The notes beneath the pieces are model-generated. The model saw only the letters and a program-made list of their open reading frames with translations, was not told where the DNA came from and did not search any database. This document shows positions 8,483-16,946 of a DNA stretch of 46,393 bases, in pieces. Source of the stretch: Desulfobacterales bacterium (GTDB taxonomy: Bacteria; Desulfobacterota; Desulfobacteria; Desulfobacterales; SURF-7). A program made the translations under genes and the position numbers. The stretch lies in NCBI GenBank assembly GCA_030145525.1, contig JAQYVL010000120.1, positions 1 through 46,393 on the forward strand, given 5' to 3'. Positions within the stretch are counted from its first letter, which is position 1; the number at the start of each line of letters is the position of its first letter.

Positions 8483-9721
8483 TTATTTTTCTGCTTCAAA
8501 CTGCTGTTCAATGATCAAAGCGGGCCTGATAAGCATGGTGACAATGAATATCCCAAAGGCTAATATCCCCAGTGTAATGCAAATTTCTACCCAGCTGGGT
8601 GCATAATCAACCACTTCTCCCAGAGGTGAAGGGACCAGGCCCGGGACAATCAATCCGATACCTTTTTCAATCCAGATCCCTACAAAAAGCAAAATGCATG
8701 CCGGAAATAAAACCTTGGGGTTATTCCTCCCAGGATTAAAGGCCAGAGTCAGTGTGGCCAGGATGTTCATGCTTATCGCGGTCCATATCCATGGAACCAG
8801 TGAATCATGCCCTTTAAGACCAAAAAAAAGATACTCTGCCGCAAGACTGTGATGGGTGGGAGTGTAAAATTCCTTAAAAACCTCTGAAAAAAGCATAATC
8901 AGATTAATAATTGCTGAAACGACAATTATCAGCCGCAGTTTATTGAAAGTCTGGGTGGTAATCTTAAATGTGGTTGTGGTATGAATGATATATAGTACGA
9001 CTGTTATCAGTGCCGGACCAGCGGCAAAAGCTGAAGCCAGAAACCTTGGCCCCATCAGGGGATTATTCCAGAATGGCCTTGCCGGTAGTCCTTCATACAA
9101 AAAAGCTGTGATCAAATGGATTGCAAAGGCCCAAAAAATGGAAAGGAAAACAAACGGGCGATAAAATTTTTCATTGGGCTCCCGATCATTGTAATGGCTG
9201 TATACAATATAGGCCGGAACAAACAAATTCAGGGCCAGGTATCCATTTAAAACGATAATGTCCCAGGAAAGAAGTGAGGAGGGCCAGTTTAAAATTCCGA
9301 TCCCAGGCAGCAAATGCCATGCATTCAAAGGACCCCCAAGGTCTACTAAAACAAACATCATACACATTACCAGAGCGCCAACAGCCACAACTTCTCCGAT
9401 GATTACCACCTTATGCAGATCTTTGTCTTTAAATATATAGGAAGGTAAAATCAGCATAACGGCTGCCGCAGCCACTCCAACCAAAAACGTAAAATTGGAA
9501 ATATAGAATCCCCAGCTTACTATATCGTTCATATTCGTGGCAGTCAGGCCTACCTTAAATTGAACAAGATACGCATATCCCCCAAGCATCATAGTTGCTG
9601 CCAGCAGACACAGATATAGCTGATAGCCTATCCCCCCTGAAAGATTCCACAAAACAGAGTCCTGTAAAAAAGAGATCAATCCTTTTCCTGAAGATTTTTT
9701 CATCATAACCTTTTCCTGCAT
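8483..9721 (-). CDS. NrfD/PsrC-family polytopic membrane quinol-interacting subunit
   Basis: 412 aa with about 10 hydrophobic helices. It is the last gene of the nap cluster, downstream of the FeS subunit. An alternative start is at M6/M7. Confidence 0.8.
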   Translation of the reverse strand: MQEKVMMKKSSGKGLISFLQDSVLWNLSGGIGYQLYLCLLAATMMLGGYAYLVQFKVGLTATNMNDIVSWGFYISNFTFLVGVAAAAVMLILPSYIFKDKDLHKVVIIGEVVAVGALVMCMMFVLVDLGGPLNAWHLLPGIGILNWPSSLLSWDIIVLNGYLALNLFVPAYIVYSHYNDREPNEKFYRPFVFLSIFWAFAIHLITAFLYEGLPARPFWNNPLMGPRFLASAFAAGPALITVVLYIIHTTTTFKITTQTFNKLRLIIVVSAIINLIMLFSEVFKEFYTPTHHSLAAEYLFFGLKGHDSLVPWIWTAISMNILATLTLAFNPGRNNPKVLFPACILLFVGIWIEKGIGLIVPGLVPSPLGEVVDYAPSWVEICITLGILAFGIFIVTMLIRPALIIEQQFEAEK

Positions 9722-9763
9722 CTTCTGCGGGACCTTTATTATCCTATTTCAATTAATCTATGA

Positions 9764-9967
9764 CAGTCTCGTAAAAAGTCAAAATTCTGATGGCAAAGAA
9801 AAAAGTTCAAGTTCAAGGCGAGCACATCCCGAGGAATACCGTGGAGCGAAGCGCATCGGTAGCCGAAGGCGTGTGTAGTTAGCCTACTCCGCAGTGACGA
9901 GGGATGACACGTAGTGAAGCGTCAGCGCTAACCGCAACACAGAAATTGGGCCTTTTACGAAGCCATC
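9764..9967. mobile_element. MITE-like non-autonomous element with imperfect ~28-bp terminal inverted repeats and a 9-bp direct target duplication
   Basis: AATCTATGA occurs at 9755-9763 and again at 9968-9976. Terminal repeats 9762-9789 (GACAGTCTCGTAAAAAGTCAAAATTCTG) and 9940-9967 (reverse complement GATGGCTTCGTAAAAGGCCCAATTTCTG) match at 20/28. The interior is GC-rich, self-complementary and has no ORF. Boundaries are +/-2 nt. Confidence 0.5.
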
Positions 9968-9981
9968 AATCTATGATTATT

Positions 9982-10953
9982 CTAATCAATAAAATACCAG
10001 AATTTCGGATCCGTCCCCAGAGCCTCCTTTAACCTAAAAACTTTTTTGTGCTTTAGAACAAATCTGATTTCACTCTTGGGATCCAACAGATTCCCAAACA
10101 CCCTGGCACCCGTAGGACATGCCTCAACACACGCAGGCAGACGCCCCTGTCTGCTCCTCTGCACACAGAAAGTACATTTTTCCATCTGGCCCCTCGTTCG
10201 CATCCGGTTCCCCAGGTAATGCTGCTTCTTCGTCATTTCCCTCAGGGGAACATGAGGCTCATTCCAGTTGAACCTGCGTCCATAATAGGGACACGCCGCC
10301 ATACAATAACGGCAGCCGATACACCAGTCATAGTCCACCACAACGATTCCATCCGGCTCTATCCAGGTAGCTTTTGTGGGGCATGCCCTGACACAGGGCG
10401 CGTTTTGACAATGGAAACATTGAACCCCCATATAAAAATGATTCTCAACCGGCACCTCATGAAAATATTGACCATTGCCGGATTCCGGTGTCATCTCACC
10501 TGGTTCCATTTCAAAAATACGGATATATTGTGTATGCGCTTTTCGATCCAGATTGTTTTCCTTCACACAAGCGGCTACGCATTCCATAAAGCCTTCACAG
10601 CGTGTAACATTAAAAGCATAGCCGAATAAGACCCCTTCTATCGGTTCTTTGGAACTCATCTGAATATCTGCATCTCTTTTTACTTTGGCTAACAGCTCAA
10701 GGCGCTGAACAGTCTCATCTTTTTCTTCCTGAGTCATGAGGCGGTAGTTCTTTTTAAAGTATTCCTTCCATTGCAGAGCAAACTTATCTTTTGAACCAAA
10801 CAATCCGTTCCCGCAGCCAAAAACCATAGCTGTGCTGCCAATTGCGGCAGCTTTTGCCGTACCTTTAAGAAATTCCCGCCGCCCGCACTGTTTGCTCCTG
10901 TCCCGGTTGTACTTTTTTTTCTTTTTGTAATCCATATTCTTAAAGTGACCCAT
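9982..10953 (-). CDS. Tat-exported 4x[4Fe-4S] ferredoxin-type subunit (NrfC/HybA/DmsB-like)
   Basis: Twin-arginine signal GRREFLKG. Four Cys clusters, including CFHCQNAPCVRACP, CIGCRYCMAACP and CTFC...CVEACP. Confidence 0.85.
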   Translation of the reverse strand: MGHFKNMDYKKKKKYNRDRSKQCGRREFLKGTAKAAAIGSTAMVFGCGNGLFGSKDKFALQWKEYFKKNYRLMTQEEKDETVQRLELLAKVKRDADIQMSSKEPIEGVLFGYAFNVTRCEGFMECVAACVKENNLDRKAHTQYIRIFEMEPGEMTPESGNGQYFHEVPVENHFYMGVQCFHCQNAPCVRACPTKATWIEPDGIVVVDYDWCIGCRYCMAACPYYGRRFNWNEPHVPLREMTKKQHYLGNRMRTRGQMEKCTFCVQRSRQGRLPACVEACPTGARVFGNLLDPKSEIRFVLKHKKVFRLKEALGTDPKFWYFID

Positions 10954-10962
10954 GTTATCTCA

Positions 10963-11586
10963 TTATTTTTGCAACGGACGTGAGTATGTTTTCGGCCATT
11001 GTTTTTGGAAAAGCGGAGAATGGGGATCATGACAGGAAGTACAATTCTTAACTACCCGTTTACCGGCCCAGAAGGAGACCCGTTTGCCATGTGCACCGCC
11101 AACCCAGTCTTTTTCCTGCCTGAAGTGGCACTTACCGCACAACTGGTAGCTATGGTCCATATCCACTTTTATTCCATTCTCGGTCACCAGGAAATCTCGT
11201 TCATCCTTCTTATGACATGTAAAGCAGGATAACGGTTTTTCCTTTCCGCCATGAACCAGCGCGATATCACCATGCGCAATTTCAGCACTCCTTTCACCCA
11301 TGACTTCTTTATGGTTATGGCACCGGCTGCACTGGAAACGCTCTATCTTATCCTTGCGAGTCTCAGCATGGAAAAGTCCCCCCTGATACTTTTCCTTAAC
11401 CAGAACCGTATTCACGGGAAGCAGAAGAACAGCCTCAATGCTCTTCACGTCATCAAACGGTGTGCCGGCATTTTCTATGATTTGTTTCACTTCGTTCATT
11501 CCGGAATGCGCGCTCCAAACCGAAATAAAAAGAAACACTGCGGGCATCATCCAAAGGAGATATTTTATATTTTTTCGTTTTTTCAT
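10963..11586 (-). CDS. Periplasmic tetraheme c-type cytochrome
   Basis: Four CxxCH motifs (CSRCH, CFTCH, CGKCH, CTSCH) and a signal peptide. ATG at 11586 is preceded by GGAGG; the track start at 11601 is a TTG. Confidence 0.8.
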   Translation of the reverse strand: MKKRKNIKYLLWMMPAVFLFISVWSAHSGMNEVKQIIENAGTPFDDVKSIEAVLLLPVNTVLVKEKYQGGLFHAETRKDKIERFQCSRCHNHKEVMGERSAEIAHGDIALVHGGKEKPLSCFTCHKKDERDFLVTENGIKVDMDHSYQLCGKCHFRQEKDWVGGAHGKRVSFWAGKRVVKNCTSCHDPHSPLFQKQWPKTYSRPLQK

Positions 11587-11601
11587 AACCTCCACAGGCA
11601 A

Positions 11602-12285
11602 TCAATATTCAGATTTTCTTTGAAAAAACCCTGCATGTATATCCGGGACATGGCACTGTCTGCAATTGCCTCGCATAGGATGATCCACACGAATTGCCGT
11701 TACGGCTCCAGGCCCCACATGACAGGCAATACAATCACCTCTCATTTGAAGTTCATGAGGAATTGGAGGCGGACTTCCGGGCAGATAGGATCGGCCCAAG
11801 CGAGGAGGTGGAACACTCATCCAATTGTTTTGAACAAACTCGCTATCCACTGTAATTCCAGCATGGCACTGCCGGCAGTAAGTTTGTTCCGGATGGGGTG
11901 TTATGGGCGCGTTTCGCTTGAGTTCTTCGGTCCATCCACCCCTGGCATGGCATGTAAGGCACATATTTTTAGCGTCATCCGTATTCCAAATCTTATGCGG
12001 AATATAGGGTGGGGACCCGACATACTGCCTGCGTGAATAGTACTCGCTCAAAGTTCGCTCCGTAGAAATACCTGCCAGATAATCGTTGGATATTTTGCCA
12101 TAACTTTCGAAAACAGCTTTCCCGCCTTCATCGAAATCAAGAGTTCCGGATTCCACCATTGCCGCTTTCAAATCCACTGGCTGATAGGAAAAGGCAAAAA
12201 AAACAATCAATGGGAAAGCAAGAACACAGATTCCCACAAAACTAAGGAATATTTTCCCCAACTTCCGGTCTGGTTTTTCCATCAT
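11602..12285 (-). CDS. Membrane-anchored tetraheme cytochrome built from two NapB-like repeats
   Basis: N-terminal TM helix, then two copies of the pattern PPxIPH...CxxCH...HP...CRQCH (CLTCH/CRQCH and CIACH/CRQCH). ATG at 12285 overlaps the napA stop (ATGA) and follows GGAGAG. Confidence 0.75.
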   Translation of the reverse strand: MMEKPDRKLGKIFLSFVGICVLAFPLIVFFAFSYQPVDLKAAMVESGTLDFDEGGKAVFESYGKISNDYLAGISTERTLSEYYSRRQYVGSPPYIPHKIWNTDDAKNMCLTCHARGGWTEELKRNAPITPHPEQTYCRQCHAGITVDSEFVQNNWMSVPPPRLGRSYLPGSPPPIPHELQMRGDCIACHVGPGAVTAIRVDHPMRGNCRQCHVPDIHAGFFQRKSEY

Positions 12286-14597
12286 GCTCTCTCCAGTTTT
12301 ACAGCGCATTTTTTATAATCCGGCTGTTTGGATATGGGACAAAAAGCATCCAGCGTGACCTCATTGATTAAATACTTTTCATCAAAAAAAGGTACAAATA
12401 CCATTCCCCTTGGAGGACGGCCTCTGCCGTCGATACTTGCGATCATCACTATAGATCCCCTCCTTGAAGTAATTTTGACCCTGCTTCCATTGGTAATACC
12501 CAGATTGGCCGCATCATCGGAATTGATCTCAACGTAGGAGGCTGGAACCGCTTTATGAAGAATCGGTACACGCCTGGTCATGGATCCGGTATGCCAGTGC
12601 TCCAGCACGCGGCCGGTATTCAGCCAGAACGGGTATTCACTATCCGGCGATTCCGCCGCCGGCTCATAGGGCCGCAGCCATATCCATGCTCTGTTGTCCG
12701 GCTTTCCGTAAAAATCAAAATCATCTCCTTTGGCAGCCGGATCATATTTCGGGTTGTATCTCCATTTGGTTTCCATACCATTGACAAAAGGCCATTGAAC
12801 GCCGGGTCTTGCTTTCAGCACCTTGTATGGAGCCATCCTGTGTTTGGGGCTGTCATGGAAACGGGTATACTCATTCCAGATATCCTCAATGTAGGTTTCC
12901 CGGCTCCAGGGGAACTGCTTTTTAAAGCCCAGTCTTCTGGCAACCTCGATAAGCTGCCAGGTATTGCACATGGTATTCCCGGGCATGGGAACAATCTGCT
13001 CATTGTGCTGTGTTCTCCTTTCCGAATTTCCGAAAAAGCCTTCTCTTTCAATCCACAATGCCGACGGTAGAACAACATCGGCCACATCAGAGGTGGGTGT
13101 GGGATAAATTTCAGATACCACCAGGAACCGGCCATCCTTTTTAGCGCCTTCCCGATAGCGTTTTAGATTGGGCATTGTAACCATGGGGTTTGTCACCTGA
13201 ATCCACATGAACCGGATATCTCCACGGTCCAGTGCACGAAACATCTCCACCGTATGATATGTGGGTTTGGGATCGATTTTTTCTACCGGCACGTTCCAGA
13301 TCTTTGCCGCCATCTTTCGATCCTTTTCCTTCATAACAACACCATGGGGAAGCTTATGAGTCAATGTCCCCACCTCGCGTACAGTGCCGCATGCACTCGG
13401 CTGACCGGTCAAAGAGAAGGGGCTGTTTCCGGGAGTAGAAATTTTGCCGACAAGCAGATGAATATTATAGACAAGATTGTTAATCCAGGTTCCCCGGGTG
13501 TGCTGATTCATCCCCATACACCAGAAAGAGGTGACTTTTTTATCCGGAGCCCCATAAAGAGAAGCCATATATTTAATATCCTTTGCTGAAACACCGGATA
13601 TTTTCTCTACCTTTTCCGGGGTATAATCCTGCAGAAAGGCTTTATACTTGTTCAAATCTACTGTTTCTGCCTTGTCTTTGAATTTGAAATGATCCTGGGT
13701 GCCATATCCGATATTGGTTTTCCCCTTATGAAAGGAAACATGCTTCTTGACAAAATTCCAATTCACCCATTTGTTCTTGATAATTTCATAACAGATGGCG
13801 TTGGCAACAGCCAAATCGGTTTGCGGCCTGAAAAGAATCGATTTATCGGAGGCCTGACTGCTTCTTGTTGTTCTTGTGGCAAAATCAATGATCTTAACAT
13901 GTTTTTTGCTTTTTCGATTGGCAAGCATTCTGGAAAAAAGAACAGGATGCATTTCAGCCATATTATTTCCCCAGGTGATAAAGACATCTGCATGATCGAT
14001 ATCATCATAGCAGCCCATGGGTTCATCCAGACCAAAGCTGGTCATAAATCCGGTAACTGCGCTTGCCATACACAGGCGGGCATTTGCTTCCACATTATTA
14101 GTGCCGATACAGCCTTTGAATAGCTTGGACGCGGTATATCCGTCGGCAATCGACCATTGACCGGACCCGTATATGGCAACAGAATCCTTCCCGTGATCCT
14201 TGATGTTTTCCTTCATCTTGTCGGCAACAAGATCAAGGGCTTCCTGAACAGGAACCTTTACCAGCTTGCCGTTTTTTCGAACCAGAGCGTCTTTGAAACG
14301 ATCTTTACCATAAAGAATCTGGATGGAATGGTAGCCTTTTACGCAGCAAAGTCCCTTGTTGACCGAGCAGTTGGGATCGCCCTTTACGGCAACGGCTCGA
14401 TCGCCTGAGATACCTGCCAGAAGGCCGCATCCGGTGCCACAGAAACGACAGGGAGTCTTTTTCCATTGAATCATTCCTGACGGAAAATCTGCCTCTTTCC
14501 AGGCTCCAAAACTGATTCCCGGAAACAGAGCGGCAGCGGCAGCGACGGCACTTTTTAAGGCCATGGATTTAATGAATGATCTTCTGTTAATATTCAT
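12282..14597 (-). CDS. napA: Periplasmic nitrate reductase catalytic subunit (molybdopterin, Tat-exported)
   Basis: Tat signal NINRRSFIKS, [4Fe-4S] motif CRFCGTGCG, TGQPSACGT, and the C-terminal CPISKQPDYKKCAVKL typical of NapA. Confidence 0.92.
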   Translation of the reverse strand: MNINRRSFIKSMALKSAVAAAAALFPGISFGAWKEADFPSGMIQWKKTPCRFCGTGCGLLAGISGDRAVAVKGDPNCSVNKGLCCVKGYHSIQILYGKDRFKDALVRKNGKLVKVPVQEALDLVADKMKENIKDHGKDSVAIYGSGQWSIADGYTASKLFKGCIGTNNVEANARLCMASAVTGFMTSFGLDEPMGCYDDIDHADVFITWGNNMAEMHPVLFSRMLANRKSKKHVKIIDFATRTTRSSQASDKSILFRPQTDLAVANAICYEIIKNKWVNWNFVKKHVSFHKGKTNIGYGTQDHFKFKDKAETVDLNKYKAFLQDYTPEKVEKISGVSAKDIKYMASLYGAPDKKVTSFWCMGMNQHTRGTWINNLVYNIHLLVGKISTPGNSPFSLTGQPSACGTVREVGTLTHKLPHGVVMKEKDRKMAAKIWNVPVEKIDPKPTYHTVEMFRALDRGDIRFMWIQVTNPMVTMPNLKRYREGAKKDGRFLVVSEIYPTPTSDVADVVLPSALWIEREGFFGNSERRTQHNEQIVPMPGNTMCNTWQLIEVARRLGFKKQFPWSRETYIEDIWNEYTRFHDSPKHRMAPYKVLKARPGVQWPFVNGMETKWRYNPKYDPAAKGDDFDFYGKPDNRAWIWLRPYEPAAESPDSEYPFWLNTGRVLEHWHTGSMTRRVPILHKAVPASYVEINSDDAANLGITNGSRVKITSRRGSIVMIASIDGRGRPPRGMVFVPFFDEKYLINEVTLDAFCPISKQPDYKKCAVKLERA

Positions 14598-14623
14598 ATA
14601 TCACTCCTTTTCTATTGCTGAGA

Positions 14624-14854
14624 TTACTCATCCATATGGCCAAATGTCATGCCAAGAGATTGTAATGATTTTATGTTTTTTAGCGTATCCTGTAGCGCCT
14701 TTTCCTCTTTTTCATCCGGCGTATCTGTAACAAGAAGCAGAATTTCTTCATTTTCGGAAGGCGTTACCTCACAGTATCGGAGAGCAGACAGTTCTTTAGC
14801 CAGTTCTTTTTTTGCCCCTCTCGCCGGGTAAGCCAGATAACTGCAAACAGGCAT
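14624..14854 (-). CDS. napD: NapD-like chaperone for NapA
   Basis: 76 aa, immediately upstream of napA, with a good RBS (AAGGAGA). Has the NapD-like pattern VCSYLAY...CEV...ILLLVTD. Confidence 0.7.
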   Translation of the reverse strand: MPVCSYLAYPARGAKKELAKELSALRYCEVTPSENEEILLLVTDTPDEKEEKALQDTLKNIKSLQSLGMTFGHMDE

Positions 14855-15214
14855 GCATTCTCCTTATCTTCCGGTTAATTTGATTTCACCGATCTTTTTA
14901 TTTCCATCCATTGAAGCGGTGTATCAAAAATCGAGTTATCGTTAGAAAGCCTTAAAATCAGACCTCAGATTAAGAATTCGATAAGTATAAATTTTTAAAA
15001 TTTCGGCAACTGTCTAATAATGCCGGTAAATCGGAAAATTCCAACAGTTTTTTATTCTGCCTGAGAAAGGCAATTGTATGCTTAAGCGAAAAAGTTGTTT
15101 TCCTGATGTATTCCAAAACGAACATACCACAGTGTAATAAGATATCAACTTTTAATTCCACAATGGCCGCTAAAATTAACTTTTGATTTCTACCAGAATA
15201 ATAAGAGGGATTCC

Positions 15215-15228
15215 TTGACTTAGGTCAA
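15215..15228. promoter_or_regulatory. CRP/FNR-type palindrome TTGAC-N4-GTCAA
   Basis: Perfect 5-4-5 palindrome TTGACTTAGGTCAA in the 402-bp AT-rich region upstream of napD, about 360 nt from the napD ATG and 29 nt past the CoADR stop. Confidence 0.3.
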
Positions 15229-15256
15229 AATTATTTTGGCTATGTATCCCTTTTTA

Positions 15257-16909
15257 TCACTTTTGTGCAGCGTCATATATAAAAAAACCGCCGCTGAGGT
15301 TTTTTACTGTAAAACCGTTTTGGACAAGAATGCGATATGCAAGGTATCCCCTTAATCCTACCGCGCAGTATACAATATACGTTTTTCCCCGCTGCAGCTC
15401 ATGGATTCGGTCCCTCAGCCGATCCACCGGAATATTCAGGGAACCTTCAATCATGCCTGTTTTACGAACTTCCCCTGCCGTTCGAACATCGATAAAAACA
15501 GTTTTACCCTTCTCAAAGGTTTCCAGTTCATGCCAGTGTACGACTTCAACATCGCCTTTCAGCATGTTTGATGCGACAAACCCGGCAATATTTATCGGAT
15601 CTTTTGCGGATGAATAGGGGGGGGCATAGGCAAGCTCCAGTTTTTCAAGGTCATATACCGTCATGCCGCCATGAATAGCCGTTGAGAGGATATCAATTCG
15701 CTTGTCTACTCCTTTTCCCCCGACAATCTGTCCACCCAGTATTCTTCCGGTCTCCGGCGAAAAGATGAGTTTAACGGCCATAATCTCAGAGCCGGGATAA
15801 TACGAAGCATGTGACTCGGAAAAGGTGTAGCTTTTCAAATATGGAATATGCTTCTCATGAAGCTTTTTTTCACACTGACCGGTTGCGGCGATGGTTTTAT
15901 CGAATAATTTGACCACAGCGGTCCCCATCGTTCCCTCAAAAACCGTTTTTCTCCCCATGATATTATCCGCAGCGATTCGCGCCTGTTTGTTGGCCGGGCC
16001 TGCGAGAGGAAGCATTCCAGCCGAACCGGTTATAAGATCTCTTGTTTCAACCGCATCCCCCACGGCATAAATATACGGATCAGATGTTCGCATTGCTTCA
16101 TCAACTTTAATTCCGCCGCATATGCCGATTTCCAGCCCGGCCTGCTGTGCAAGTACAGTCTCCGGGCTTACGCCGATTGATAATATAACCATGTCACAGT
16201 CAATATCATCCCCTTTTTCCTTGGAAACTCTGATCCTGTCTCCATTCCGGCCAAACGCTGTGACCCTGTTTCCAAGCTCCAGCGTAATCCCGCCTTCATG
16301 CAAAAACTCGTGAACGATAGAGGCCATCTCCGGATCAAGAGGTGCCATGACCTGATTCAACATTTCAACGATGGTTGTTCTTACTCCTCTTTTTGTAAGA
16401 TTTTCCGCCATCTCAAGCCCGATAAAACCGCCTCCCACAACAACGGCGGATTCCGGCTTTCCGTTATCGATAAAACTTTTGATGTTATCCATATCCGGAA
16501 TGTTGCGAAGGCAAAAAATATTTTTCAGGCTCACGTCTTCAATCGGCGGCCTTATCGGCACTGCACCGGGAGAAAGCAGAATCCTGTCATAACTCTCCGT
16601 GTACGTCCGACCTTCCCTGCTGTCTTTTACTTCCACGGTTTTATTCTTCCGGTCGATTGAAGTCACTTCGCTGAAGGTTCGAACATCGACATAATAATTC
16701 GACTCAAACTCTTTGGCAGTCGTTACCAGAAGATCGTCACGATTTTTTATGCTTCCCCCGATATAGTAAGGCAGTCCGCAATTTGCGAAAGATATGAATT
16801 CATCTCTTTCAAAAATAATGATCTCGGCTTTTTCGTTCAGTCTTCTGGCCCTGGCTGCTGCCGTTGCTCCACCTGCCACTCCTCCAATAATTAAAAGCTT
16901 AACATGCAT
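15257..16909 (-). CDS. CoA-disulfide reductase / NADH-dependent persulfide reductase-type flavoprotein with C-terminal rhodanese domain
   Basis: IIGGVAGG FAD motif, single redox Cys in SFANCGLPYY, and a C-terminal rhodanese active-site loop YCAVGLRG. Confidence 0.85.
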   Translation of the reverse strand: MHVKLLIIGGVAGGATAAARARRLNEKAEIIIFERDEFISFANCGLPYYIGGSIKNRDDLLVTTAKEFESNYYVDVRTFSEVTSIDRKNKTVEVKDSREGRTYTESYDRILLSPGAVPIRPPIEDVSLKNIFCLRNIPDMDNIKSFIDNGKPESAVVVGGGFIGLEMAENLTKRGVRTTIVEMLNQVMAPLDPEMASIVHEFLHEGGITLELGNRVTAFGRNGDRIRVSKEKGDDIDCDMVILSIGVSPETVLAQQAGLEIGICGGIKVDEAMRTSDPYIYAVGDAVETRDLITGSAGMLPLAGPANKQARIAADNIMGRKTVFEGTMGTAVVKLFDKTIAATGQCEKKLHEKHIPYLKSYTFSESHASYYPGSEIMAVKLIFSPETGRILGGQIVGGKGVDKRIDILSTAIHGGMTVYDLEKLELAYAPPYSSAKDPINIAGFVASNMLKGDVEVVHWHELETFEKGKTVFIDVRTAGEVRKTGMIEGSLNIPVDRLRDRIHELQRGKTYIVYCAVGLRGYLAYRILVQNGFTVKNLSGGFFIYDAAQK

Positions 16910-16946
16910 TCTTATTTTCCTTTTTTCCGAACCGAATTAAGCAGAA

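Noticed and set aside
12282-14597. Possibility that the molybdoenzyme is a Sec-containing formate dehydrogenase.
   Set aside because: The frame is uninterrupted, and the NapA-specific N- and C-terminal motifs are present together with NapD and NapB-like partners.
14970-15161. A 63-aa ORF in the nap upstream region.
   Set aside because: GTG start inside an AT-rich promoter region, with no RBS and an implausible composition.
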